A stretch of 64,000 bases of DNA from Mobula hypostoma (Eukaryota), in NCBI RefSeq assembly GCF_963921235.1, contig NC_086097.1, positions 150,228,001 through 150,292,000 on the forward strand. The letters are read 5' to 3'. The notes beneath the pieces were generated by a model. It was not told the origin of the DNA and did no database searches. It saw only the letters and a program-made list of their open reading frames with translations. Made by a program: the position numbers and the translations under genes. This document shows positions 25,956-39,285 of the stretch, in pieces (positions within the stretch are counted from its first letter, which is position 1; every line of letters begins with the position of its first letter).

Positions 25956-28900
25956 TGTAGATACATTGTAAATATAAAATTGTTATTTGATTTTTAGTGT
26001 ATAATATTTATTTAGCGTATAATATTTATCATGTAGTATTGAGTCAGACAGGTGTTTTTCTCTGAAAGGATCTGAATATGATGTCTGTTGTTCGTTTTTG
26101 TTGAATAAAAGACTTCTATATCCACTAGCTCCAGTCTCTCTCCAGTGACATTGTTCACTTTACAACGTTTGTGGGCTCATCCGGGATACCTTCATGACCC
26201 ATCATGTGGCCATCAATTTCAGCAGTCTAAGTGGATGAGCATTTTTGAAATTAGCACTCATACTTGGACCTATTCGGTTACTGATTACAGGATAGCAAGG
26301 TATTATGAGCGTGGTGGAGAGCTGAACTAGTAGTTATAAAAGTGGTGTGGGGTGTGTGTGCATGTGTGTTTATCTAAGAGACAAAACTCTGTGTATTAAT
26401 TTTTTGAGATAGGACCACCAGTTACAAAGGTGCTACTGAAGGTTCAGCATGCCAGTGGGGGCATGTAAACTTATTCCGGTAACTGTATTTTGGCAGATGC
26501 TTTTGCGAAAGTGTGTGTCTGTAACCTTGGTGTAATAAAACAGACATTATGAATCAAGGCTCATACTGTTTAAGTGGCAGATTTCAGAGTACCTACAGTG
26601 CAGTTTAAGTATGTACTGTTTAATTTTTATCCGTCATTTATACTTTGCTTAGTGTGGGAATTAGTGTGGAGATATTTGAGGGAGAGGTTATACCCAGATA
26701 TATGCATCGAGATGGCACCGATTGAGTTTGGCAACATCAGGTCAAGAACCCTGATGACCCGATTATGACCATCCATAAACCCTTCACCCCCGGGGAGAAG
26801 CAAGATATTTTGTTAGAGTTGCCGTCACTTGGGTTCATCTGCGGGAATGCAGGATTGTAACGCAAGCTCGAAGAAATGGTTGAAATTCACCAGACACAAC
26901 TTAAAGATATAGTCATGTTGGTAAAAACAAAGTGCCCGAGGAATATCTGGGACAGTATGGCCCAGGGGGTGCAGGATGGTACATGGGCAATTAGAAGGAA
27001 ATGCCAGCAATGAAGAGAAATATCGCTTCTTTAAGGGGGAAGTGAGGCAGCGACTAGGGGGACGTGAGCGTAACTGGGGATTGATAATGTTAGTAGTTGA
27101 TGAGCCAGAATCAGAATCACGTATAAAATCACTGGCATATGTTGCCAAATTTGCGGTAGCACTACAACACAATACATGATAATAGAGAGAAAAAGAAAAC
27201 TGAATTACATTAAGTATATATTATATATATATATATATAAAATAGTTAAATTAAATAAGTAGGGCAAAAAATAGGAAATAAAATAAAAAGTAGTGGGGTA
27301 GTGTTTTATGGGTTCAATGTCCCTTCAGAAATCGGATGGCAAAGGGGAAAAAGATCATAAGACATAGGAGCAGAATTAGGCCATTCAGCCCATTGAGTCT
27401 ATTCTGCTATTTCATTATGGCTGATCCTGAACCCCACTCAACCCTATACTCCTGCCTTCTCGCCATATCCTTCAATGCCCTGACCAATCAGGAAACTATC
27501 AACTTCTGCTTTTAATATACCAACATACTTGGCCTCCACCGCAGTCTGCAACAGAGTACTCTATAGATTCACTACTCTCTGGCTAAAAAAAAATCCTCCT
27601 TACCTCTGTTCTAAAAGGTCCTCCCTCAATTTAGAGGCTGTGCCCTCTAGTTCTGGATATCCTCACCTTAGGAAATATCATCTCCCCATCCACCTTATCT
27701 AGTCCTTTTAACATTTGATAGGTTTCAATGAGACCCTTCCCCGCATTCTTCTAGATTCCAGTGAGTACAGGTCTAAAGCTGCCAAACCCCCTTCATCTGT
27801 TAACCTCTTCATTCCTGGAATACCCTCATGAAACTCTTCTGGACTCTCACCAATGACAACACATCCTTTCTGAGATATGGAGTCCAAAACTGTTGTCAAT
27901 GCTCAAAGTATTGTCAATACGTGAAGAAGCTGTTCCTGAATCATTGAGTGTGTGCTTTCAAGCCTCTGTACCTCCTTCCTGATGGGAGCAATGAGAAGGG
28001 GGCCTGTCCTATGTGATGGATGCCTCCTTTCAGAGGTACCACTCCTTAAAGATGTCCTGAATATTCTGGAGGCCAGTGCCCATGATGGAGCTCTCTGCAG
28101 CTTACTTTGATCCTGTGCAGCAGCCTCACCCCCACCCTGCCCTCATACCAGATGGTGATGCAGCCAGTTAGAGTGCCCTCCATGCTAGAAATTTCTGAGT
28201 GTTTTTAGCGACGTACCAAGTCTCCTCAAACTCCTAATGAAATATAGCTGCTGACTTACCTTCTTTGTAGCTGCGTCGATATGTTGGATCCAGGTTAGGG
28301 CCTCAGAGATATTGACAGACTTGATCTTGACATTGCTCCACTTCTGATCATTCTGAGGATTGGTGTATATTCTCTCATCTTACCATTTCTGAAGTCCACA
28401 ATCAGTTCTTTGGTCTCACCTACTCTGCGATAGTGTCATGGGCCACTGAGATAGACCAGAGGACGGGGGGGGAGAGAAGTCGTAAAGTGACTGTAGTGAA
28501 TGTAACTGTTGTGACATCACAGAGAACTTGCTTTGTGTGCCAGCAGCTGGGGCCATAGCAAGGAACTTCTGGATGGACATGGGAGGGTAAAGGAGATGAT
28601 TTGTTATATCTGTGACTTCTCAGGCCATGTTTGGAGGCAGTGCCCTGAAAAACGAGGAAAGTGAAAATCACTCACCAAAGCAGAATCCATAGCAGTGCTC
28701 TTTCCTTCTAATGTGACTGCTGATCAGATTATAGAGGCGGTGAGGTCAGACAAGTGGCTGACGGCCGCTTCTATTGCTAGTGATGGTCGTCCGCAGACAT
28801 ACACAAGAAGTTTATTAGGGGACCAGCAATGTGAAATGTTAGCAGACGGGGATCATCAGTATTGATAACCTTTGCCCGGGTCTGGTGAGGCAATTTACAT

Positions 28901-29430
28901 TACCGGTGCAGGAGGTGAAACAATGAGGGCACAGAAGGCAGCTCCAGGTACTTGAGATTGAAGGAGTGCCGCTTCCTGTAGATTTTTGTGTGTGCCCAAA
29001 CAATGAAGGTACTACCCTGGGATAGACACACTGAGTAAGGCAGGTGTTATCATTGTCTCAGGAAAAGGAGAAATAACATGAACACGTGAGCATGTGTGAC
29101 TGGCTTAGCAGCTATCATGGCCCACAGGGAGACAGCAGCCCCAAGCATGGAGGAGAGACAGGGCCATGGGTGGGAATCATGTCAGGGGGTCCCAAGGGGA
29201 GGGGTCAAGCACAGTCAGGCACTGTTAGAAGTAGCGCAGCTGACTGAGGGTGTAGCAGTGATCAAAGTAAAGACTCACCAGAAAGGGGGTAGTAAGGAGC
29301 AGAAAGGGAACGAGTAGGCAGACATCAGTGTGAGGAGGGCAGTGGAAGAACAAGAAGAAACTACAACTACAAGTAAGATTACTGTCCATGGAGATGTGAA
29401 GGACCAGTGTAATCAGGGTAACACATTGAG
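25956..29430 (+). mobile_element. Decayed class-I (gamma/epsilon-like) ERV: LTR, tRNA-Pro PBS, gag, protease and RNase H remnants
   Basis: AATAAA and LTR end near 26167; PBS TGTGGGCTCATCCGGGAT (26170-26187). Gag-like HKPFTPGEKQDILLELP, knuckle remnant CFVCQQLG (~28530), RNase H LLEVAQLTEGVAVIKVKTHQKG...GNE*AD. The 5' boundary is approximate. Confidence 0.65.
27100..28420 (-). mobile_element. Rex1-type fragment with a nested CR1 3' end (27355-27910), inserted in the ERV
   Basis: CR1 LDLYSLESRRMRG motif and (CATAAGA)-type tail; the flanks resemble the other Rex1 3' ends. Confidence 0.6.
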
Positions 29431-29439
29431 GGATCATAC

Positions 29440-32400
29440 CTATGCAGATCTCCATGCAAATATTCTCTGAACGTTTGCCACATTTCTGCTATGTATTTCC
29501 CTGAGAACATCTGCTCCCAATTTATGCCCCCAAGTTCCTGCCTAATAGCATCATATTTCCCCCTACCCCAATTAAGTGTTTTCTCAAATTGTCTGTTCCT
29601 ATCCCTCTCCAGCACTATGGTGAAGGAGATAGAGTTGTGGTCACTACCTCCAAAAATGCTTTCCCACCGAGAGATCTAATACCTGCCAGGTTCATTTCCC
29701 AATACCAGATCAAGTACAGCCTCTCCTCTAGTTGGCATCTACATATTGTGACAGGAAACCTAACAAACTCTACCCCACCTAAACCCCTCATGTTAAGGAG
29801 ATGCCAATCAATATCAGTAAAGTTAAAATCTCTCATCACAACCCCATTATTATTGCACTGTTCCAGAATCACAACCCTACTGTTATGGCACCTTTCCAGA
29901 ATCACAATCTTATTATTATTGCCAGTCCTGGCTATGACTCTAAACTGCAACTGGTGATGAGGCTCTGATTGGGGACTTTCAGAGCTTTGGGGAAAGTGGA
30001 GTTACCCCTTAGTCATTCATTGCTCCCAGGGCTGCTCTGACCCGGAATGGTAGCACCTGCAAGGGTTCCTGCTCAGGATACGAGCGAAGGCCAATGACAG
30101 ATCCAGCAGGTTCAGTAACTGAACTTATGATGGAGAAGGCGGATGAGCTAGGACCTCAAATGTCAACGGCTATAGTATAGGCGGATGAACATTTGGGAAG
30201 AGAAATGGCGATTTCTTTAGTTCGCCCAACAGTAGGCAATAGCAAACCACCGTTGCAATTTGCTAAGAAAACCATGGTCAAGCTCACAAAATGTATCACA
30301 CAACAACAGCGTCAAGAGGATCTTCAAGACAACTCTGAAGATGCTTCAGAGTGGGTTGATTCTGGCCAGCAGGGGATCCCCGACTGTCATCAAGCTACTG
30401 TTCATAAAATTAAAGTAACACAAAAGAAAATTATTGCCACTTGGAATGTAAGAACCCTATATCAAGCAAGAAGATTGGACAATCTGATAAATGAAATGGA
30501 AAGACTAAAGATTAACATCATGGGAATTAGCGAAGTTCGTTGGATAGGTGCTGGAATATGTCAGATTAGAAATAAAACACTAGTTTATTCTTGTGGAACA
30601 TCCCATACTAATGGAGTAGGAATTCTTATAGATGAAAACGTGGCAAAAAGTGTTTTAGGACACTGGGCAATATCAGAAAGAATGCTCCTTGTTAGATTCA
30701 GAGGACAACCATTTGATTTAGCAATTATACAGGTATATGCACCAACAACAGATGGAACAAATGAGGATATAGATAAATTCTATGAAGAGCTTGAACAAGC
30801 AAAGAATGGATGCAAATCTCAAGATATTGTTATTGTCATGGGAGATCTAAATGCTAAAGTAGGACAAGGTGCTGATGGAAATACCATAGGAAAATTTGGA
30901 CTAGGGGAAAGAAATGAAAGAGGTGAGAAATGGGTATAATGATGCAAGATGAGGAATCAGGTCATTATGAATACCTACTTTAAAAACCATCCAAGATGCT
31001 TGTGGACCTGGAAATGTCCAGGTGATAACACTAGAAATCAAATTGACTTTATTACTATAAACCAAAGATTTAGAAGCTCAGTGACTCAATGCAATACATA
31101 TCCAGGTGCAGACTGTAATAGTGACCATAACCCAGTAGTATGTCATGTAAAAGTAAACTTAAAAAACTGAAGAAGCAAAAACCTGAACAATCCCTTGACT
31201 ACTTGCAATTAATTAAAGAAGAAAACTTAAGACAAAAATTTACAATTGAATTAAGGAATAGATTTCAAAGTCTAGAAATAGAATCTGTTGAAGGTGATAG
31301 CAATCATATAGAAATGAAATTTAACTCTCTAAAGGATGCCTTGGTAGAATCAGCAAAGTCAGTGAATCCTAAAAAAGAAAAGAGCACAAAAAATGACACA
31401 AAGGATGACAGATGAAATCAAAAATCTAATGGAAGAAAGGAGATGGAAGAAAACAAATCCAATAGAATATAAATCCTTAAATAAAAAAGTTAAAAGCTTA
31501 TGTCAAAAAGCCAAAGAGGAATGGTTAAACCTGAATGTGAGCAAATAGAAAGAATCCCTATTACTGATCCAAAAAGGTTACATCAACAAATCAAGAATAT
31601 CACTGGGAAAAAGCTCCTTTGTTCTTCAGGTGGATGTTTGAAAGCAAAGGACGGTACCATTATCATGGAAAAAGATGAGATTATGAACAGATGGACTGAG
31701 TATATTCAGGAATTGTTTGAAGACAATCGAGGTGAAAAACCAGAAATTAAGAAAAACATTGAAGGTCCAGGTATTTTAAAATCTGAAGTTTGTAATGCAA
31801 TAAATAAGATGAAGAAAGGAAAGGCAGCAGGTCCTGATGAATTAGTAATAGAACAAATTATTGCCCTTGAAGATTATGTAATTGAAAAACTTACTGATTT
31901 AATCAATGACATTTATGAGACCGGAATAATACCAGAAGAGATGAAAAAATCAGTATTTATCACTCTTCCTAAGAAAGCTGGAGCATTAGAATGTGAATAA
32001 CATAGGACCATAAGTTTAATGAGTGATGTCACCAAGATACTTCTAAGAATTTTGATGACAAGAGCTAAATGTAAGATACAGGCTGAAATAAGCAAGGAAC
32101 AATGTGGTTTTGTGAAAGACAAAGGTGCAAGAAACGCAATATTGATTTTAAGGATACTATCAAAACGAGCTATTCAAGTGCAAAAAAATTTGTTTGTTTT
32201 GTCGACTACAAAAAAGCATTTGATAAAGTGAAGCACAATAAGTTATTTGAAATATTACAGAAAACTCTAGATCTAGATTCGAAAGACCTCCGCCTAATCA
32301 GAAATCTGTACTGGGAATAAACTGCCACTGTAAGAATAGATGGAGAAGTGAGACAGTTTATGAAAATCAAGAGAGGCGTTAGACAAGGGTGTGTTTTCTC

Positions 32401-33995
32401 CCCTGATTTATTTAATGTGTACAGTGAAACAATATTACAAAAAATAAGAAACATCTTGGGAATCAAAGTTGGCGGTGAAAACATCAATAATTTCAGACAC
32501 GCAGATGACACTGTGTTAATTGCAAGTATGGAGGAAGAACTGCAAAACTTAATTGATATAATTGTTGAAGAAAGTGCAAAAATGGGTCTATCTATCAATT
32601 GCAAAAAGACAATGTATGGTGATATCCAAAAAGAAGGAGAATCCTATCTGCAGGCTGAGAATAAATGGTGAAGACATAAAACAAGTAAAGAACTTTTGCT
32701 ACTTAGGATGCTGGGTGACATCAGATGGCAGGTGTGACTTGGACATCAAATGAAGAATAGGGATGGCAAAAGACACCTTTACGAGAATGAAGAGTATACG
32801 GACCAATACTAAACTAGGCATGACAATCCGCCTCAGTGTACTGAAATGTTAAGTTTATCCAGTTATGTTATATGACTCAGAATGTTGGACAATATCTAGT
32901 AAAATGAGGAAATGAATTGTAGCAGCAGAGATGTGGTTTTTGAGGACGATGCAAAGAATATCATGGATGAAATGAATATCTAACGAGGATGTCATGAACA
33001 GAGCAAACACAAAAAGAGAAATAATGTATCAGATCATGAAAAGGCAATGTAACTTCATTGGACATGTGATTAGGAAAGAGGAGTTAGAATGCACGGTAAT
33101 TATGGGAAAGATTGAAGGGAAGAAAGCAAGAGGAAGACAAAAACAAATGATGACGGAGATAGCAGCCAGAGAATTGGAAATGAATACCAATGAATTGATC
33201 CACTTGACCTGAAACAGGAGTGTGTGGGCCATGGCAGTTAAATCTCATACTGGGCATGGCACCTGATGATGATGATAGTGATTATTATTGCACTGTTCCA
33301 GAATCACAAACCTATTATTTCTGCACCATTCCAGAATCAAATCTAAACCCCTTGCACTAAGGAGATGCCAGTCAATATTAGGAAAGTTAAAATCACCCAT
33401 CACAACAACCCTATTATTATTGCACCATTCCAGAATTTGACTCCTTATCTGCTCCTCAGTGCCTCTGTTACTATTGAGGAGGGGGGTTCTATAAAATAAC
33501 TCCCAGTAGAGTTATTGCCCCCTTCCTGTTTCTGACTTCCACCCACACTGACTCGGTGGACAATCCCTCCATGACCTCCTCCTTTTCTGCAGCCATAATA
33601 CTATCCCTGATTAGCAGTGCCATTCCCCCACCTCTTTTGCCTCCCTCCCTGTCCTTTTTCAAACAACTAAAGCCTGGTACACGCAGCCATTCCTGCTCCT
33701 GAGACATCCAAGTCTCTGTAATGGCCACAACATCATAGTTCCACGTATTGATCTAAGCTCTAAGTTCATCCGCCTTGTTTATGACACTCCTTGCATTTAA
33801 ATAGACACATCTCAAACCATCTGGCCGAGTGCTTCTTTGCTCTATCATCTGCTTATCCTTCCTCATAAACTCCCTGCAAGATGTCTCTACTTGTGTGCCA
33901 ACCGCCCCATCCTCTGCTTCTTCACTTTGGTTCCCACTCCACTTCAAATCTAGTTTAGACTCTCCCCAATAGCATAAGTAAACGTCCCTTCCAGG
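29440..33995 (-). mobile_element. CR1 fragment (APE region) interrupted by the RTE
   Basis: YLNARS, AITETW, GGKRGGGMALLI and DFNFTDIDW motifs in 29440-29922 and 33281-33995. Confidence 0.8.
29923..33280 (+). mobile_element. Full-length RTE-clade LINE (decayed)
   Basis: APE motifs IATWNVRTL, QVYAPT and GDLNAKVG; RT motifs GVRQGCVFSP and FRHADDT; (GAT)n tail; 11-bp TSD ATTATTATTGC (29912-29922 and 33281-33291). Confidence 0.92.
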
Positions 33996-34225
33996 GTCAG
34001 GGTCAGTCATCAGAGGTCAGGGTCAGTCATGATAAGACACAGATAGAAGTTGAATGGCAATAGGACCATTCAAGGTTACGCATCAGGTTGTAACCTGTTA
34101 TGTGCTGCCTGAAGGGACATTGTCAACAATTATCTTTCAAAAGAGAACTGGATAAACATGTGAATGAAAAATAATTACTTGAGGGACAGAGGTGAGTGGT
34201 TCTATTTGAATAGCACAGATAATGG

Positions 34226-35210
34226 TGTCATGTACCCCGTGACGGGGATAAAGAACCAGCAGAGATGGAAAACACTTTGGAGTCTCGTATTGCTATAAAC
34301 TAATAATATTTATTAGTAACTATGCAATACAGTAATATAAATGTAAATAAATCAAACAGGTTAGCAATGATTATATATAAAAGTAAGTGTGGAATATATA
34401 TATGTATGAAAAAACCAAGCTTCTTTAAGTCTAGGGGTAAAAAGATACAGTCTTACGATGTTGAGTAAAGTTCAGTTCAGTTCAGTTCGTGGTATTTAGT
34501 TGAGTAGTGATGGAGAGAGAGAGAGAGAGAGCGAGTTGAGTCTTCAGGTGAGCTGATGCCGTCAATCTTCTCGTCGTCCTCCGAAATCCTTTACAAGTCA
34601 CCGACTGTGACTTTAACCAGGGAGACCGGTCTTCTGTGGTGGAGCTATCACCCAGGCAAGGGTGGACAACACTCCACCAGTCAACCCTTTCTCCTCAAAC
34701 TGGAATAGCAACTTGGATCAATCCGCCTGATCTATCCTCCAAAACCCACTTTCTCTGCAGGCACAACAATGCTCATTCAGTGTCCAGATCATGTGTCCTG
34801 AGGTCTGTATCATCCGACCTCCCATTTATTTCACCAGGCTCAGCATCACCTGTCATTCAAAGAGCCCTCCTTCCTTTGTCTGTAAAGAAGTGCACAAGCA
34901 GGCAACAAGTCTTTGGAAGTAACATCAATAACCAGCTGAAAATCATAACATCGAGTGTCCACCACCTTCGGTCACCATAGCAACCTTCCAGCTGCTCAGT
35001 GCTGTCTCCAACTCCAAACTCAGTAAAAATTCAAAGTTACTTCCAATGCCTTAAAATGACAGTCCAACCGTTAATCTTCGTCTCTCTCTCTCTCTTCAAA
35101 AGCAACATATCGGTGGTAAATAACTCTGTCTCTCTCCTTTCCAAACAAGCCATCAATGATAAATGTCTCCATCCAAACAGTTAATAGGGGTACTCCAGAA
35201 TCCTCTCACA
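34226..35210. mobile_element. Solo LTR specific to duplication unit A
   Basis: TG...CA termini and TSD ATGG (34222-34225 and 35211-35214); the empty site is present in unit B at ~38637. Confidence 0.88.
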
Positions 35211-35275
35211 ATGGTCATAAACACATGCTGACACAGGACGAAACCAACTCTACTTATTTACAAAACCATATTCAC

Positions 35276-35859
35276 CTTTATATCTTGCTGACTACAGAGA
35301 TGTACTTCCTGCTGTTTCCTGGCCAGCTCCTGGTCCTTCAGCACCAAATCTTGCTCCAATGTGGCCAGCATATCTACACTCACATCAACTTGCCGTGTTA
35401 GTTCAGTAGCCTTCTCTTCAAGATTTTGCTTTTCTTGGCTCAACCATATGCTTTCTTGCTTGGCTTTTTCCAGTTCTGAGCTTTTCTTTTGAAGTTCTAT
35501 CTGAAGCTTATCCACTGGGGCTGTGATCTTCTGTTCCACCTCCTCCGACAGCTCTTCTAAGAGCTCATACATGTCTAGTTTCTTGAAATCTTGGATCTTT
35601 AACTGAGCCAGCCCTTCCTCATAAACAGCATCTACTGCATCTGCAGCTAAAGCTGCAGGGGGAGTAGAAGGAGTCTCTGCCTTTCTCATGAATATTTCGT
35701 TTAATGGGCCTTCGACTTCAGGCAAATAACTGATCGAACCATGTGATAATTCCTCCCCGCACTCTAAATCATATAAATATCTTTGTTCTTTGCTACTAAA
35801 TGAGGTGCTTTCAAAGATTTCTTTACAGGATGTAGGTATCAGAATTGATTTGTCACCTC
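35276..35859 (-). CDS. Probable coding exon of an unidentified coiled-coil protein (copy A)
   Basis: Acceptor TTTTATCTTTAG|GA and candidate donor AAG|GTGAAT. Open frame GGDKSILIPTS...VDKLQIELQKKSSELEKAKQE...LEQDLVLKDQELARKQQEV with heptad character. Alternatively reads on to a stop at 35258. Confidence 0.65.
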
Positions 35860-38701
35860 CTAAAGATAAAATAACAGCATCACAGATACTATTAGACTTT
35901 GATAGGATGTAAAGTGTCTCAAATGTATGATTGTATTCCAGATGAACTCGCAATGAAGAAAGATTCCTAAAGTGCTTGTGTTCCCTATTATGACTCTTGG
36001 ACTTACTGTGAATGCCCACAAGGAAATGAATCTCAGGATTGTATATGGTGTCATATATGTACTTTGATAATAAATTTGCAGTTTTCCTTTGTAGGAGCAT
36101 GGATGGGTTATTGTAGAGTATTTTGCTGGTTGTACGCCCTGCGGTCACTGTGAACTGGAGATAGAAGGGATGAATGGTTTAGGATGTCAAGCATCTTAGT
36201 TAAACACTCAAATTTTATCTCTTCTGTGACAGACTTTGGTATAAAGGTCTATTCTGGGAGTTTACTTTTGGGCATGCAATCAGGGTGACCCATCCATCGG
36301 GAATCATTGACTATAATTACTCTGCTGGCAACGTAAACCTGAGAGATAATACTGACATTTCTTCACTTATCCTACCTGTAGATTTGGATAATTTCTCAGA
36401 AGCAACATTGATAATAGCTCCCCATTGCATAGCCTGCTATGGGTAGTCCATGTATCTGAAGTGTAGAGGTCAGCCATCGCTGCTGCTATATGAATTCTGT
36501 GCGAGATTTGAGATCTTAATTTCCATTTTTTGCTCATGTCCCTTCAAGCTGCTTTGATTCATTTACAAACTGACTTCTCCGCATAATATAATTACATTGA
36601 TTTTAAATTAAATTATGAAGTAATTTCCCATATTATTATACAAAAAAGTAACACCAAAGTGGACCATGAATAATTAAACAGATTATATATTAAAATTATT
36701 GTAATATTAAAATAATTCTAATATAGGTTTATATCTTGAATTTTAAATAGCAAACAATATACAATTGTATACAATATTCGAGAGAATACAGAATTAATTC
36801 ATCCCCATCACCTCAACTTCAAAAATTGGACCCTATTTTTCATTCCACCCATTATTAAGTTTAAAATAAAAAATAATTCCCTAAAAATCTTTGATACTGA
36901 GAACAATTCATGGACCCACAGATGTCAAGTTGGCTCTCAACAATATGTTTGGTAGAACATTACTTGTTCACCAGTGGAGTCAGAAATTACCTGGAACCTA
37001 AATTAGTGACAAAACCCTTCCACTGAAATATGGTTAAGTTTAGTTAGCAACTTCTTAATTTCTAGGCTTTTAAAGGTTAATTCTGGGAATTTACCCTAAA
37101 GATCCAGCGGGGAAGACATAAAACAGAACTTTTGCTACTTAGGAAGCTGGGTGACATCAGGTGGCAAATGTGACAAGGACATCAAAAGAAGAATAGGGAT
37201 GGCAAAAGACACCTTTACGAGAATGAAGAGTATACTGACCAATACTAAACTAGGCATGACAACCCGCCTTAAAGTACTGAAATGTTATGTTTATCCAGTT
37301 ATGTTATATGGCTCAGAATGTTGGACAATATCTAGTAACATGAGGAAATGAATTGTAGCAGCAGAAATGTAGTTTTTGAGGAAGATGCAAAGAATATCAT
37401 GGACGAAATGAATATCTAACGAGGATGTCATGAACAGAGCAAACACAAAAAGAGAAATAATGTATGAGATCATGAAAAGGCAACGTAACTTCATTGGACA
37501 TGTGATTAGGAAAGAGGAGTTAGAATGCATGGTAATTATGGGAAAGATTGAAGGGAAGAAAGCAAGAGGAAGAAAAAGACAAATGATGATGGAGACAGCA
37601 GCCAGAGAATTGGAAATGAATACCAATGAATTGATCCACTTGACCTGAAACAGGAGTGTGTGGGCCATGGCAGTCAAAGCTCAATCTGGGCATGGCACCT
37701 GATGATGATGATAATGATTATTATTGCACTGTTCCAGAATCACAAACCTATTATTTCTGCACCATTCCAGAATCAAATCTAAACCCCTTGCACTAAGGAG
37801 ATGCAAATCAATATTAGGAAAGTTAAAATTACCCATCACAACAACCCTATTATTATTGCACCATTCCAGAATTTGACTCCTTATCTGCTCCTCAGTGCCT
37901 CTGTTACTATTGGGGTGGTGTTCTATGAAATAACTCCCAGTAGATTTATTGCCCCCTTCCTGTTTCTGACTTCCATCCACACTGACTCTGTGGACAATCA
38001 CTCCATGACCTCCTCCTTTTCTGCAGCCGTAATACGATCCCTGATTAGCAGTGCCACTCCCCCACCTCTTTTGCCTCCCTCCCTGTCCTTTTTCAAACAA
38101 ATAAAGCCAGGTACACTCAGCCATTCCTGCTCCTGAGACATCCAAGTCTCTGTAATGGCCACAACATCATAGTTCCACATATTGATCCAAGCTCTAAGTT
38201 CATCTGCCTTGTTTATGATACTCCTTGCATTAAAATAGACACATCTCAAACCATCTGGCCGAGTGTTTCTTTGCTGTATCATCTGCTTATCCTTCCTCAT
38301 AAACTCCCTGCAAGATGTCTCTACTTGTGTGCCAACCACCCCATCCTCTGCTTCTTCACTTTGGTTCCCACCCCATTTCAAATCTAGTTTAAACCCTCCC
38401 CAATAGCATTAGTAAACGTCCCTTCCAGGGTCAGGGTCAGTCATGATAAGACACAGATAGAAGTTGAATGGCAATAGGACCATTCAAGGTTACGCATCAG
38501 GTTGTAACCTGTTATGTGCTGCCTGAAGGGACATTGTCAGCAGTTATCTTTCAAAAGAGAACTGGATAAACATTTGAAGGAAAAAATAATTACTTGAGGG
38601 ACAGAGGTGAGTGGTTCTATTTGAATAGCATAGATAATGGTCATAAACACATGCTGAAACTGGACGAAACCAACTCTACTTATTTACAAAACCATATTCA
38701 C

Positions 38702-39285
38702 CTTTATATCTTGCTGACTACAGAGATGTACTTCCTGCTGTTTCCTGGCCAGCTCCTGGTCCTTCAGCACCAAATCTTGCTCCAATGTGGCCAGCATATC
38801 TACACTCACATCAACTTGCCGTGTTAGTTCAGTAGCCTTCTCTTCAAGATTTTGCTTTTCTTGGCTCAACCATATGCTTTCTTGCTTGGCTTTTTCCAGT
38901 TCTGAGCTTTTCTTCTGAAGTTCTATCTGAAGCTTATCCACTGGGGCTGTGATCTTCTGTTCCACCTCCTCCGACAGCTCTTCTAAGAGCTCATGCATGT
39001 CTAGTTTCTTGAAATCTTGGATCTTTAACTGAGCCAGCCCTTCCTCATAAACAGCATCTACTGCATCTGCAGCTAAAGCTGCAGGGGGAGTAGAAGGAGT
39101 CTCTGCCTTTCTCATGAATATTTCGTTTAATGGGCCTTCGACTTCAGGCAAATAACTGATCGAACCATGTGATAATTCCTCCCCGCACTCTAAATCATAT
39201 AAATATCTTTGTTCTTTGCTACTAAATGAGGTGCTTTCAAAGATTTCTTTACAGGATGTAGGTATCAGAATTGATTTGTCACCTC
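38702..39285 (-). CDS. Probable coding exon of an unidentified coiled-coil protein (copy B)
   Basis: Same splice signals and open frame as copy A; 2 nucleotide differences seen by eye. Confidence 0.65.

Noticed and set aside
35860..36148. N-terminal extension of the 296-aa ORF
   Set aside because: It lies upstream of a clear splice acceptor, overlaps a Rex1-type tail, diverges neutrally and is interrupted in copy B.
36376..36430. Candidate first exon MQWGAIINVASEKLSKST(G) with a phase-compatible donor
   Set aside because: Short, and the copy B equivalent has TAG at codon 3; not enough support to call.
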